IMG/VR virus record: IMGVR_UViG_3300045988_119718
Coordinates: 188,611 to 252,610 of that record
From: a virus
Length of the DNA stretch: 64,000 nucleotides
Reading direction: 5' to 3' (one strand)
Within the stretch, counting starts at the first letter, position 1, and every line of letters begins with the position of its first letter. The notes under the pieces were generated by a model. It saw only the letters and a list, made by a program, of their open reading frames with translations. It was not told where the DNA came from and ran no database searches. Positions 1 to 8,248 of the stretch are shown here, piece by piece. The translations under genes were made by a program, and so were the position numbers.

Positions 1-643
1 TTACAAAGCCAAGATAGCAATCATCACTTTCATAACCATCTTTCTTGTTTCCTCTAATATTAAGTTTCTTATTAATATCATCAATATTATTATTATGAAG
101 ATTAATCAGGATATCAGTTACAGGAAGCTTATAATAAACATGAGCCATATTAAATACAGTTTTCTGACATTTCTTAATAAACTCTTCTAGTTCTTTAAGA
201 TGTACTTTATCAATAGTACCCTGAATATCTTTAGTAAGATAATAGAGCATAGAATACCAATATCTATCAAAGATAATGATAGTAGGTTTAGAGAATACTT
301 TATTCACTCTCATACTTTCATACCAATCATACATATCAAGCAAAAACAGATTAGATACAAACTTAAGATAATCCATAGATTCTGGATTAATATCTACTTT
401 TGGATGATCTACAAACTTATTAGCTAAATGACGTTTAACAAAATAAGATGCTTCAGATTTATATCTAGGAAAAGATACAATCTTAATCTGTAAATCAACT
501 GAATCAATATATTTCTTAAAATCTTCTTTAAGATAACTAGCAATAGCTTTAGCATTAGTTTCCTTATAAGTAGCATCTAATCCTTCTAATGTAATAAAAA
601 GATTATACTTACTATAATCTGGAAGAATAGGTTGTCTTTTCAT
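1..643 (-). CDS. Hypothetical protein, truncated at the left window edge (C-terminus lies beyond position 1). Start ATG at 643-641.
   Basis: Manual translation of the minus frame from ATG 643 (MKRQPILPDYSKYN...) stays open through position 1. It is absent from the ORF track only because it has no stop inside the window. The plus ORF 200..427 is antisense to it. Confidence 0.6.
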   Translation of the reverse strand, partial: MKRQPILPDYSKYNLFITLEGLDATYKETNAKAIASYLKEDFKKYIDSVDLQIKIVSFPRYKSEASYFVKRHLANKFVDHPKVDINPESMDYLKFVSNLFLLDMYDWYESMRVNKVFSKPTIIIFDRYWYSMLYYLTKDIQGTIDKVHLKELEEFIKKCQKTVFNMAHVYYKLPVTDILINLHNNNIDDINKKLNIRGNKKDGYESDDCYLGFV

Positions 644-1103
644 AATAAACTCTCCTTTGCATAAAAACACTTATGAAAAAAGCCTTTTATTCTAAAGTGA
701 TTATAATTTTATATATCTATTTTCTATAAATAACGCATAGAAGATTTTCTATATGTCCGGAAAATTAACAAAGGTTTTTAAACTGGAATAGTTCAAAAGT
801 GTAATAGACTTCTACAACTTTATAAACTATTCTTTACTGAAGAAGTGTAAAACTTTTATTTTTATTGAAAGGAGAAAACTTTATGAACTCTATTATTGAA
901 AAAAGTATATATGCTATTTTACTATTTCTCTGGAGTATTATTATCTACGATATTATTTCTGGTAATATTATTGAAGAACTTTTATAAACTTTCTTAACTT
1001 CTATAACTTTATTGGAGTTTTTAACTATTAGGTTGATTCTAGGAAAGGATTTGTGCGACTGAAAGGAGCAACAAAACTTTCCGCCATTAAAAATGGGTTC
1101 TAA

Positions 1104-1150
1104 CCCCCGTGAGGGGGTGGTGATTGTAGATTCCTACCCCCTGGAGGTAG
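1104..1150. other. GC-rich paired hairpins: CCCCC-GTGA-GGGGG and CTACC...GGTAG, in an otherwise AT-rich intergenic region.
   Basis: Read directly from the sequence. Local GC is far above the surroundings. Confidence 0.4.
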
Positions 1151-1202
1151 ACTAGCTTTTAAACTTTTACCAAGTTTTATACTTTATAAACTTTTTTAAT
1201 TA

Positions 1203-1228
1203 CCATCTTCGGTATATACCGAAGATGG
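1203..1228. promoter_or_regulatory. 26-bp perfect palindrome CCATCTTCGGTATATACCGAAGATGG (candidate operator, protein-binding site or bidirectional hairpin).
   Basis: The reverse complement is identical to the forward sequence. It lies in the noncoding island upstream of the gene that starts at 643 (minus). Confidence 0.5.
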
Positions 1229-1624
1229 GTTATATTCTTTAAAAACTGTATTTTTAGAAAGAATTCTTAATATATCAATACACTTATATTGAATTAAGGT
1301 TTAGAACTCTTATATTAAAAAATGCAGTGTTATATTTCTATTATATTGGATAGGTTTAGAACAGTATTATTTTGAAAAATACTTATAAACTTGTTTTTAT
1401 TGGTATTTTATTTACACTTCTTAATTGAAGAGGTTTTATAACTCTTTTCAATTAAAAATAAAATTATAAACTCGTAGTTTATAAAGTTTAGAAAAAGTTT
1501 ATAATTATAGTATTTTTTCAATAAATTCTTTTTTGTTATTATTTAATAATTCATGTACATTTTCGTAATGAAATTTTTTTGACTACTTTTATAGTTTGTA
1601 TTCTTTTTTCTTTCCCTCTTTTTG

Positions 1625-1669
1625 GAGGGAAAGGGGGATGGGGGTTCTAGGGGGTAGGGGGGGGAAGGG
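1625..1669 (+). other. G-tract cluster GGAGGG-AAA-GGGGG-AT-GGGGG-TTCTA-GGGGG-TA-GGGGGGGG-AA-GGG (potential G-quadruplex), flanked by C/T-rich tracts.
   Basis: Read directly from the sequence. Compositionally extreme for this AT-rich genome. The track ORF 1596..1778 is merely a translation of it. Confidence 0.5.
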
Positions 1670-2086
1670 AACCTTTTTCTCCCTTTCTTTTTTCAACTTC
1701 ATAAAAATGTATAGATTCTTTTCTATCTTTATAAGTTGTATTTCAATGTATTCTAATAGAAATATGGCTATTCAGTAGTAAAAAATAAAACGATTTTTCT
1801 TATAACTTCAGTGTAAAAACAAGGGTATGAGATTGATTCTCATACCCATATCTTACCTCGTATATTGCTTTCATACAAAAAATGCTATATCTCAAAATAT
1901 AGTATCGTATTCCTATTAAAAATAATAGTCATAGGAGCATGGTTTAAAAATACAACATTACATACTTCCTATAGAAAAATGATTTTTTCATGGATTTTTA
2001 CCTAAATATCAATAATTTCTGTCTAAATGCGAATCATTCGCATTTGTTAGAAAAAGTTTATAATTATAAACTGAAAAAATCGCTAA

Positions 2087-2330
2087 TTTTTTAGTTAAAA
2101 ATTAAAAATCAACTAACATACCCTTTTTTCGCTATTTTCGTATTCCTATTAGTTTTAATGGAAATATGACTTTCTCATACCTTGCTAAAAATTTAGTTAA
2201 AATTGAAAAACCAATTAACATACACTTTTTTAGCCATATTCGTATTCCCATTGGTTCTAATGGAAATACGACTTTTCAATTTTTTCTAAAAATTTAGTTA
2301 AAATTGAAATACCAATTAACATGTGGTCAC
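2087..2330. repeat. Tandem direct repeat of a roughly 104-nt unit, about 2.4 copies. Each unit carries an imperfect inverted repeat CGTATTCC(C/T)ATT(G/A)GTT(C/T)TAATGGAAATA(C/T)G.
   Basis: Copies at about 2087-2190, 2191-2290 and a partial copy at 2291-2330 align with few substitutions. Confidence 0.6.
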
Positions 2331-2415
2331 TACGAAATTATAAACAAAAGTTTATAATTAGTTTATAATTTATTTTTAAAGAAAATAAAAAACATGATAA
2401 AAGACAGCAGAAACC

Positions 2416-2438
2416 CAGTACAGGATAAACCTGTACTG
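2416..2438 (-). terminator. Hairpin CAGTACAGG-ATAAA-CCTGTACTG downstream of the 1448-aa gene stop, with a T-rich tract following on the minus strand.
   Basis: 9-bp stem. It lies about 50 nt past the stop at 2487. Confidence 0.35.
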
Positions 2439-2486
2439 AGTATTCACGCTATCTTCAGTTGGTATACTATAATGTAGGTAAAAATA

Positions 2487-5400
2487 TTAATCATGAAGAT
2501 TATCTACATTAGTAAGGTTATTCCACTTTATACCAAGTTTTTCCTTACACTGTCTAGATAATTCCATAAGTACTTTGTTCAATGAACCACTACTAATGAT
2601 AGAAGCTGTCATACGAGCATTAACCGATGCTGAAGTTAATAAAGCATCTATTGGTTCATCAGGTCTAAAATCAGTATATGGTTCTTTACCTTTAGGCATA
2701 ATATCTTTTACTACACCTTTGATTGCAGTGTTGTAAGTCAGCTTATCACCAACGCCCATCTTATCTTCACACTTGATGTAGAAGCAGAACATTACACCTT
2801 TTTCCAAGTTCTTGAATTTGCCTTCTGGTAATAACTTTTCTGTAGAAGGTACTGATTCATTAATTTCTATATCTGTTACTCCGTTATCTTTAAGATATTT
2901 CTTTTCTTTCTTTATAGAATTTTCATACTTAGAAACTATCTTCTTTAATGATGGAGATAATTCATCTAATTCACAAGTTCTAAATATTTTAATATCTTGA
3001 AGAGTACCAGTAATCTTAGAATGAACTTGAATTCTACCAAAGTCTGTAGCTAATTCTAATTCATCATCAGAAATATTCTTCATTAAAGTATTAGCTTCAT
3101 CATCAGTAAATGCATTCTGGAAGATTATTAATGGAGAACCTTCTTCTATAGGTTTACCTTTTTCAGCTAAGAAGAATACATTAGAACCAGCATCTAAAGA
3201 ACATGTTTTTTCTACACAATAGAATGAAGTAAGAGCATCTGAAATACGTTCATCTATAATAGAAGAATCTTCATATGCTTCATCTGTACACATTATAGCT
3301 ATTTTAGCCATAGTACCAATGTTAAATGCAACGTTTTTATTATCAGCGTTATGCCCTATAGAGGGACTGAACGAAGTTGGGTCATATGCTAAGATATCAT
3401 TATACTTTAAGGTTTGACCTTTCTTTACAAAAGGTTTAAGTTTAACTGTTACATAGAAACCACCATCAGAGTTCTTCTGTGTTTTCTCTCTTAAATCTAC
3501 AGAATGCTTGGATTTATTACCGTCTTTATCTACTTCTTCAAAGATAATAAAGTCATCAGTAATATTTAAAACTTTTCCTTTTACTCCTTTAAATTTATAA
3601 GAAAAAATATTAGAAGTAAAGTAAGGTAATGCCTCATCCATGCCATAAGTAATAAAATTCGGAGATGAAGATTTAACTCTCATAATATGCTTAGTAGTCT
3701 GAATATAGCCCATTGCAGTACGAATTGGGTCATCATGTGTAGTAGCATAAGGAGCCATAGCTTCATAAACAGACATACCATTCAATGTATTCAATTTAGA
3801 TTTATCATTACTTACTTTAAGTATACCTCTGCCATCAGCTATGGAAGAATTAATAGTAGCCTGTCTAGTAATACCTACATTACCAGCAAACCCAGTAGAC
3901 ATAGATAAGATACCTAACATGGAATCGTCATATACACGTTTATCTAATGTATAAGCTCTATCAGCATTCATACCAGATAAGCCTTTGAATGAGTATGTAT
4001 TAATAGCTTCAGCTTCTAATAATGGAGAAGATACCGAAAGATCAGATATACCAGGGTCTTTCATAACTGCATCTATAAGAGCAGACTGTTTAATGGTAAA
4101 CTTAACTCCTCTACCAGTTCTCTTCGATTTATTAGCATATTGACCATATGCATTAGCAATAGCTTGATATAAATAACCAGCTAATATTTCATTAGAACGT
4201 AATCTATTACCAGAGATATCTGCATGCTTATTATAAGAAGTAGAAGCTAATAAGCTACTAGCATAAGCTAATGCTTCTATATAATCGTATGGAATATCGT
4301 ACTTCTTGCAAATATCAATAGTCATAGGATCAAATTCGCAATCATAGAAGTTATCAAAACCATCAGCTTTAATTCTACCACCAAATTCATCTAAGATATC
4401 TAACCACATATTTTTTGTGTTGATATCTTTAATAGAGAATCTAGATAAATCAGTTTTAGCTAATCCTGCCATTAATAATGAATCTTCTGGCTTCTCATCA
4501 TTATAAACTAAATATCCATCACTAAATCTAATTACAGATTCTGTTTCAGTTACCTTAGGTCTAGTATCAGAGAATCTGTATTTAATCTTAGCTTTATCCA
4601 TAGACTTCTGTAAACCTTCAGAAAAAGCCATAAGAATAATAACTGGAATTTTAGTATTCATGATAGATGCTTGAGAGTAAGAAAGTTTATTAGATGGTTT
4701 AGCTAAAGCATAAGTTTCTGCAAATACTTTATCTTTAGAAGCTAAGAATTTACCAATAGTATAAGCTGCATTTTCTTTATTAGAATAGATAGCTTTTTTA
4801 GTTTTACTATCATACCCAATTAAGATATCAGTTTTTTCATTAAATTTTTTATCTACAGGAAGTTTCTTTAATGCATCATAGTCAAAAGCTATATAACTTC
4901 CATCAGCTGTAGTAATTTTAGAGTATAAAGCACCTAAGTCTTTAAATTCTATCGGCATATCATACTTGGAAAGAATAAAAGTATTATCACCGATATAAAC
5001 TTTAACTTTAGAATCTGTGTCTTTTAAGTTCTTTAAAGCTTTAGTAAGTTTAGATACACCTTTAGTAGACTTAGTACCACCAGAAGGATTAACTCTTGAA
5101 ATAAATATTTTATGATAAGAGGTAACTATCTGAGTTGTATCCTCTTCTGTTTTAATTATAGGAAGTAAAAGAATCTGTCCAGCTATAGTTTTAGTATTTC
5201 CTCTTAATTTCATAAATCTATGATTTATAAATTTAGGAATATCTATAGCTATATTTGATCTAGTACCATTAATATCTTCTAATTGTACTCTTAAAGTATA
5301 AATATAATCTTCATTAGTAGATTCATCTGTCATTTCCATACTAGCAACACATAATGGCCTAGACTTATTTCTAAGAGATTTAAATATAGCAATAATATCT

Positions 5401-6833
5401 TCATCTATATCATAGGATTTATTAAAGTCTAAAGCTGTTACATCTTTCCATTCTTCATTAATAGAATCAATGGGAATAGTTTCAGGCTTTAATTCTCTTT
5501 TCTTAGTATAGTAATTCTTTAATACATCTCCTACTTTTTTACCATGGATTACAGTTTTATCAAAATCTTTATCTAACTGCTCCATTCTCTTTTTTCTAGC
5601 TTCAGTTATTTTAGTAATAGGAGGATTATCTAAATCTAATATTACATCCTTGATATAATCTTCATCATTATCTACTGTAATTTCTTTTAATTCTTTTTCT
5701 TGAGATTCTTCTTCTTGTTCTTCCTCGGATTTTTCTTTAGGAGTCTCATCATCGTTGAATCCATCGTCATCTAAATCATCTGGATTAAAAGAAGCTTTAG
5801 CTGAAATAGAATCAGAATTATTTTTCTTTTTAGATTTAGTAGCACCAAATCTATTATCCATAACTATTGAATCAGAAGAATCTGGATTAATCTCAGCATC
5901 ATCTGCATTAGATAAGTCATTCTTTATTAATTTTTTAGTAAAGAATACAAATCTAATTAAATCTTTAATATCGAAATTAGAGAAGTCTACTTTGAAGTAT
6001 GCATTTTTAGAAGCGATAATAAAGTCTATACCACTCCAATAATTAGATATAATCTGTCTTTGTCTAACTAATCTATAAATCATAGAAAATGGGTTTATAG
6101 AATTATTAAAATCAAATATATCGCAGCCTTTAGGAATCCATGATTCTACAGGAATGATACAGGTCTTTCTAGAATAATATTGATTAATTCTAGAATCATC
6201 TAAGTATCTAGTGATAATATGATGAAGTAAGTCTAATCCTCTATCTCTTTGATAAACTTTATTATTTTTCAAGAATATATTTATATAATGGGATAAATCT
6301 ACGATAAGATTCTTTCTATTATATTGCTTTAGATTAACAAAAGTATTTCTAATAAATGGAACTTTAGCTTTAACTTTACTATAGATTTCAAATATTTCTT
6401 TTTGGTTTTTTATTCTTTCATTATAAAGAAGATTTCTAAATATACTTGGATAGTTTTGATTCATTCTAAAATCTTCATTTAATATTTCATCTACTTTATC
6501 AGGAAAGAATACTCTACTATCATCTAAGTCATAATATAAATCATTATTATCACCATCAAATTTAGACTCTAACATAGTCTTCATAAACGGTTCATTTATA
6601 GTAGAAGCTTCATTAGTGAAAAATGTGAAATCCTTTTCTGTATAATATGAAATAAAAGTATTTCTATTAACAAGAAACTTATTATTATTTAAAAAGCTAA
6701 TAGTATCATCAATATCCTTGGTTAATATAAACAAAGCACTATTATGATAAATATCATTTTGCGTATATGCTGGGTAAAATAGTTTTGTTTTCATTAACCT
6801 TAAAGGAATGAGTTTTTCTATCGTATATGGCAT
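2487..6833 (-). CDS. Large (1448 aa) multisubunit-RNA-polymerase beta-prime-like protein (C-terminal module: bridge-helix and trigger-loop-like segments). Highly divergent, with a long acidic low-complexity insert.
   Basis: The segment STSYNKHADISGNRLRSNEILAGYLYQAIANA resembles the beta-prime bridge helix (..[31 protein letters not shown]). The segment GILSMSTGFAGNVGITRQATINSS resembles beta-prime region G ([24 protein letters not shown]). Recognised by eye only. Confidence 0.4.
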   Translation of the reverse strand: MPYTIEKLIPLRLMKTKLFYPAYTQNDIYHNSALFILTKDIDDTISFLNNNKFLVNRNTFISYYTEKDFTFFTNEASTINEPFMKTMLESKFDGDNNDLYYDLDDSRVFFPDKVDEILNEDFRMNQNYPSIFRNLLYNERIKNQKEIFEIYSKVKAKVPFIRNTFVNLKQYNRKNLIVDLSHYINIFLKNNKVYQRDRGLDLLHHIITRYLDDSRINQYYSRKTCIIPVESWIPKGCDIFDFNNSINPFSMIYRLVRQRQIISNYWSGIDFIIASKNAYFKVDFSNFDIKDLIRFVFFTKKLIKNDLSNADDAEINPDSSDSIVMDNRFGATKSKKKNNSDSISAKASFNPDDLDDDGFNDDETPKEKSEEEQEEESQEKELKEITVDNDEDYIKDVILDLDNPPITKITEARKKRMEQLDKDFDKTVIHGKKVGDVLKNYYTKKRELKPETIPIDSINEEWKDVTALDFNKSYDIDEDIIAIFKSLRNKSRPLCVASMEMTDESTNEDYIYTLRVQLEDINGTRSNIAIDIPKFINHRFMKLRGNTKTIAGQILLLPIIKTEEDTTQIVTSYHKIFISRVNPSGGTKSTKGVSKLTKALKNLKDTDSKVKVYIGDNTFILSKYDMPIEFKDLGALYSKITTADGSYIAFDYDALKKLPVDKKFNEKTDILIGYDSKTKKAIYSNKENAAYTIGKFLASKDKVFAETYALAKPSNKLSYSQASIMNTKIPVIILMAFSEGLQKSMDKAKIKYRFSDTRPKVTETESVIRFSDGYLVYNDEKPEDSLLMAGLAKTDLSRFSIKDINTKNMWLDILDEFGGRIKADGFDNFYDCEFDPMTIDICKKYDIPYDYIEALAYASSLLASTSYNKHADISGNRLRSNEILAGYLYQAIANAYGQYANKSKRTGRGVKFTIKQSALIDAVMKDPGISDLSVSSPLLEAEAINTYSFKGLSGMNADRAYTLDKRVYDDSMLGILSMSTGFAGNVGITRQATINSSIADGRGILKVSNDKSKLNTLNGMSVYEAMAPYATTHDDPIRTAMGYIQTTKHIMRVKSSSPNFITYGMDEALPYFTSNIFSYKFKGVKGKVLNITDDFIIFEEVDKDGNKSKHSVDLREKTQKNSDGGFYVTVKLKPFVKKGQTLKYNDILAYDPTSFSPSIGHNADNKNVAFNIGTMAKIAIMCTDEAYEDSSIIDERISDALTSFYCVEKTCSLDAGSNVFFLAEKGKPIEEGSPLIIFQNAFTDDEANTLMKNISDDELELATDFGRIQVHSKITGTLQDIKIFRTCELDELSPSLKKIVSKYENSIKKEKKYLKDNGVTDIEINESVPSTEKLLPEGKFKNLEKGVMFCFYIKCEDKMGVGDKLTYNTAIKGVVKDIMPKGKEPYTDFRPDEPIDALLTSASVNARMTASIISSGSLNKVLMELSRQCKEKLGIKWNNLTNVDNLHD

Positions 6834-7141
6834 GGCTATTTTCCTTTCTTTACAAAAAGTAAAATTTTAATTAAGTGTTTCTCTATTCACATTAGAATTA
6901 ATGGGTATAGAAATTAAAAGTTTATATTCCTATTAACTTACATAGTAATAGAAATAGTTTAGAAAGGGTTATAAAGTATGGAAAAACAAGAGTTCTTAGA
7001 AATAGTTAAGGGTTTCTCTAGAGAAGATTTTAAGAAATACCTATATAGAGAAATTAATAAAAAAAGAAAATTATTAGTTGTTATTAAAAGAGTAACTAAA
7101 TCTAATAATAAAAAATAAAGTTATTTTTAGGAGGAAATATC

Positions 7142-7681
7142 ATGGAAATGGAAAAGAAAGAACCTACTGTTACAGAACTGCTTAATATCATTAAACAGGC
7201 ATCTACTTGCACCGCATCTAAGAAAGATGAAACTAGAGTAATGAAAGCAATGCTTAATGATACAAGCTATTCAGTAGATGTATACGCTGGTACAGGTAAA
7301 ATTGGAGAATTTAATCCATCTAAAGAAATGAGAAGTATGTGTACTTCTATTCTTAGTTCTGCCGCATCTATTCCATTGGCTGAAGCAAATAGCCTTATGG
7401 AGAAATATACTTTTAAGAAATCTGAAGCTACCAGTATGGTTAATATCAGTAAAGAATTTGTAAACACATACATTCATAGTGGTAGAAAGCTTAATCTTGG
7501 TGGTAGAGAAAAATCTAATATTTCTCTTGCATTGAAAGAAGTACCAGCAGGAGAAAGAACTTATCCTCAGTGTACTGGAACAGATAAAAAAGGTAATAAG
7601 ATTTATACCACTGGTAAAACTTATGTAAAAGGTTATGAAAGTATTAAAGTAACTGCACCTTCTCCAGAATGGGTAAAATAA
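7142..7681 (+). CDS. Hypothetical protein, 179 aa.
   Basis: ORF with SD TAGGAGGA 8 nt upstream of the ATG. Confidence 0.6.
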   Translation: MEMEKKEPTVTELLNIIKQASTCTASKKDETRVMKAMLNDTSYSVDVYAGTGKIGEFNPSKEMRSMCTSILSSAASIPLAEANSLMEKYTFKKSEATSMVNISKEFVNTYIHSGRKLNLGGREKSNISLALKEVPAGERTYPQCTGTDKKGNKIYTTGKTYVKGYESIKVTAPSPEWVK

Positions 7682-7690
7682 CAAAAAAAT

Positions 7691-7716
7691 AAAAGGTGCT
7701 CATATGAGTACCTTTT
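7691..7716. terminator. Bidirectional rho-independent terminator hairpin between convergent genes (AAAAGGTGCTCATATGAGTACCTTTT).
   Basis: Stem with one mismatch, flanked by A-run and T-run on both sides. Confidence 0.55.
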
Positions 7717-7728
7717 ATTTCGTCTGAC

Positions 7729-8070
7729 TTATTTCTTAATTTCGGTGAAATATTTCTCACCGAGTTTCTGAGCATCTTTAACGATGCTCTTGCTGAGAGA
7801 CATAATTGTCTTTACAGCATTAATGACTGGTTCATAGTAGCGTTCAACCAGATCACACGCCTCCTCAATGAAGTTCTGTTTGAACTTGAAAGAGACGAAG
7901 AAGAAGTCGCTCGTCTCAATCATGTTGCCTCTGAACCCAAGGGATTCAAATGAAGCCGACTTGCATTTCCTGAGAGCCAGCTTTGGGAACCTTTTAGAAA
8001 TGAAATTCTTGGTTTCCTGATCGATAGTAACGTTGATTGTGATCATAATGTTTGTCCTCCTTATAGACAA
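7729..8070 (-). CDS. Hypothetical protein, 113 aa. Its GC content is markedly higher than the flanks.
   Basis: ORF with SD AAGGAGG upstream (minus strand). Codon choice is visibly GC-richer than neighbouring genes. Confidence 0.6.
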   Translation of the reverse strand: MSIRRTNIMITINVTIDQETKNFISKRFPKLALRKCKSASFESLGFRGNMIETSDFFFVSFKFKQNFIEEACDLVERYYEPVINAVKTIMSLSKSIVKDAQKLGEKYFTEIKK

Positions 8071-8248
8071 ATGACTAGAACTTTTTGTTCTAGTAACATA
8101 GATAAATGAATACTTGATATGTATTCATTGTTATATTATACAACTATAAAATACGAGTATTACAAATTAGACTACCTTATATAAGGTAGTCTAATCCACC
8201 GCATTTGTGTTAGAATGAGCTTCCTCAACATATCATTAAACCTTACCT

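Noticed and set aside
200-427. Plus-strand 75-aa ORF.
   Set aside because: It is antisense to a continuous minus-strand coding frame (1..643) that has a clear ATG and a plausible protein. Its I/F/K-rich junk composition is typical of antisense translation.
1596-1778. 60-aa ORF MYSFFFPSFWRERGMGVLGGRGGKG...
   Set aside because: It is simply the translation of the G-tract and C-tract noncoding element. It has no SD and no coding periodicity.
2812-6042. Several short plus-strand ORFs (2812..3000, 3687..3908, 5755..6042) inside the 1448-aa gene, and the similar 9190..9387, 12286..16347 minus-strand set inside the 2767-aa gene.
   Set aside because: They are fully nested antisense within long, clearly coding ORFs.
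2487-6833. Assigning the 1448-aa protein as DNA polymerase or portal.
   Set aside because: There are no polymerase A/B/C motifs or portal features. The only recognisable motifs resemble RNAP beta-prime regions F and G.
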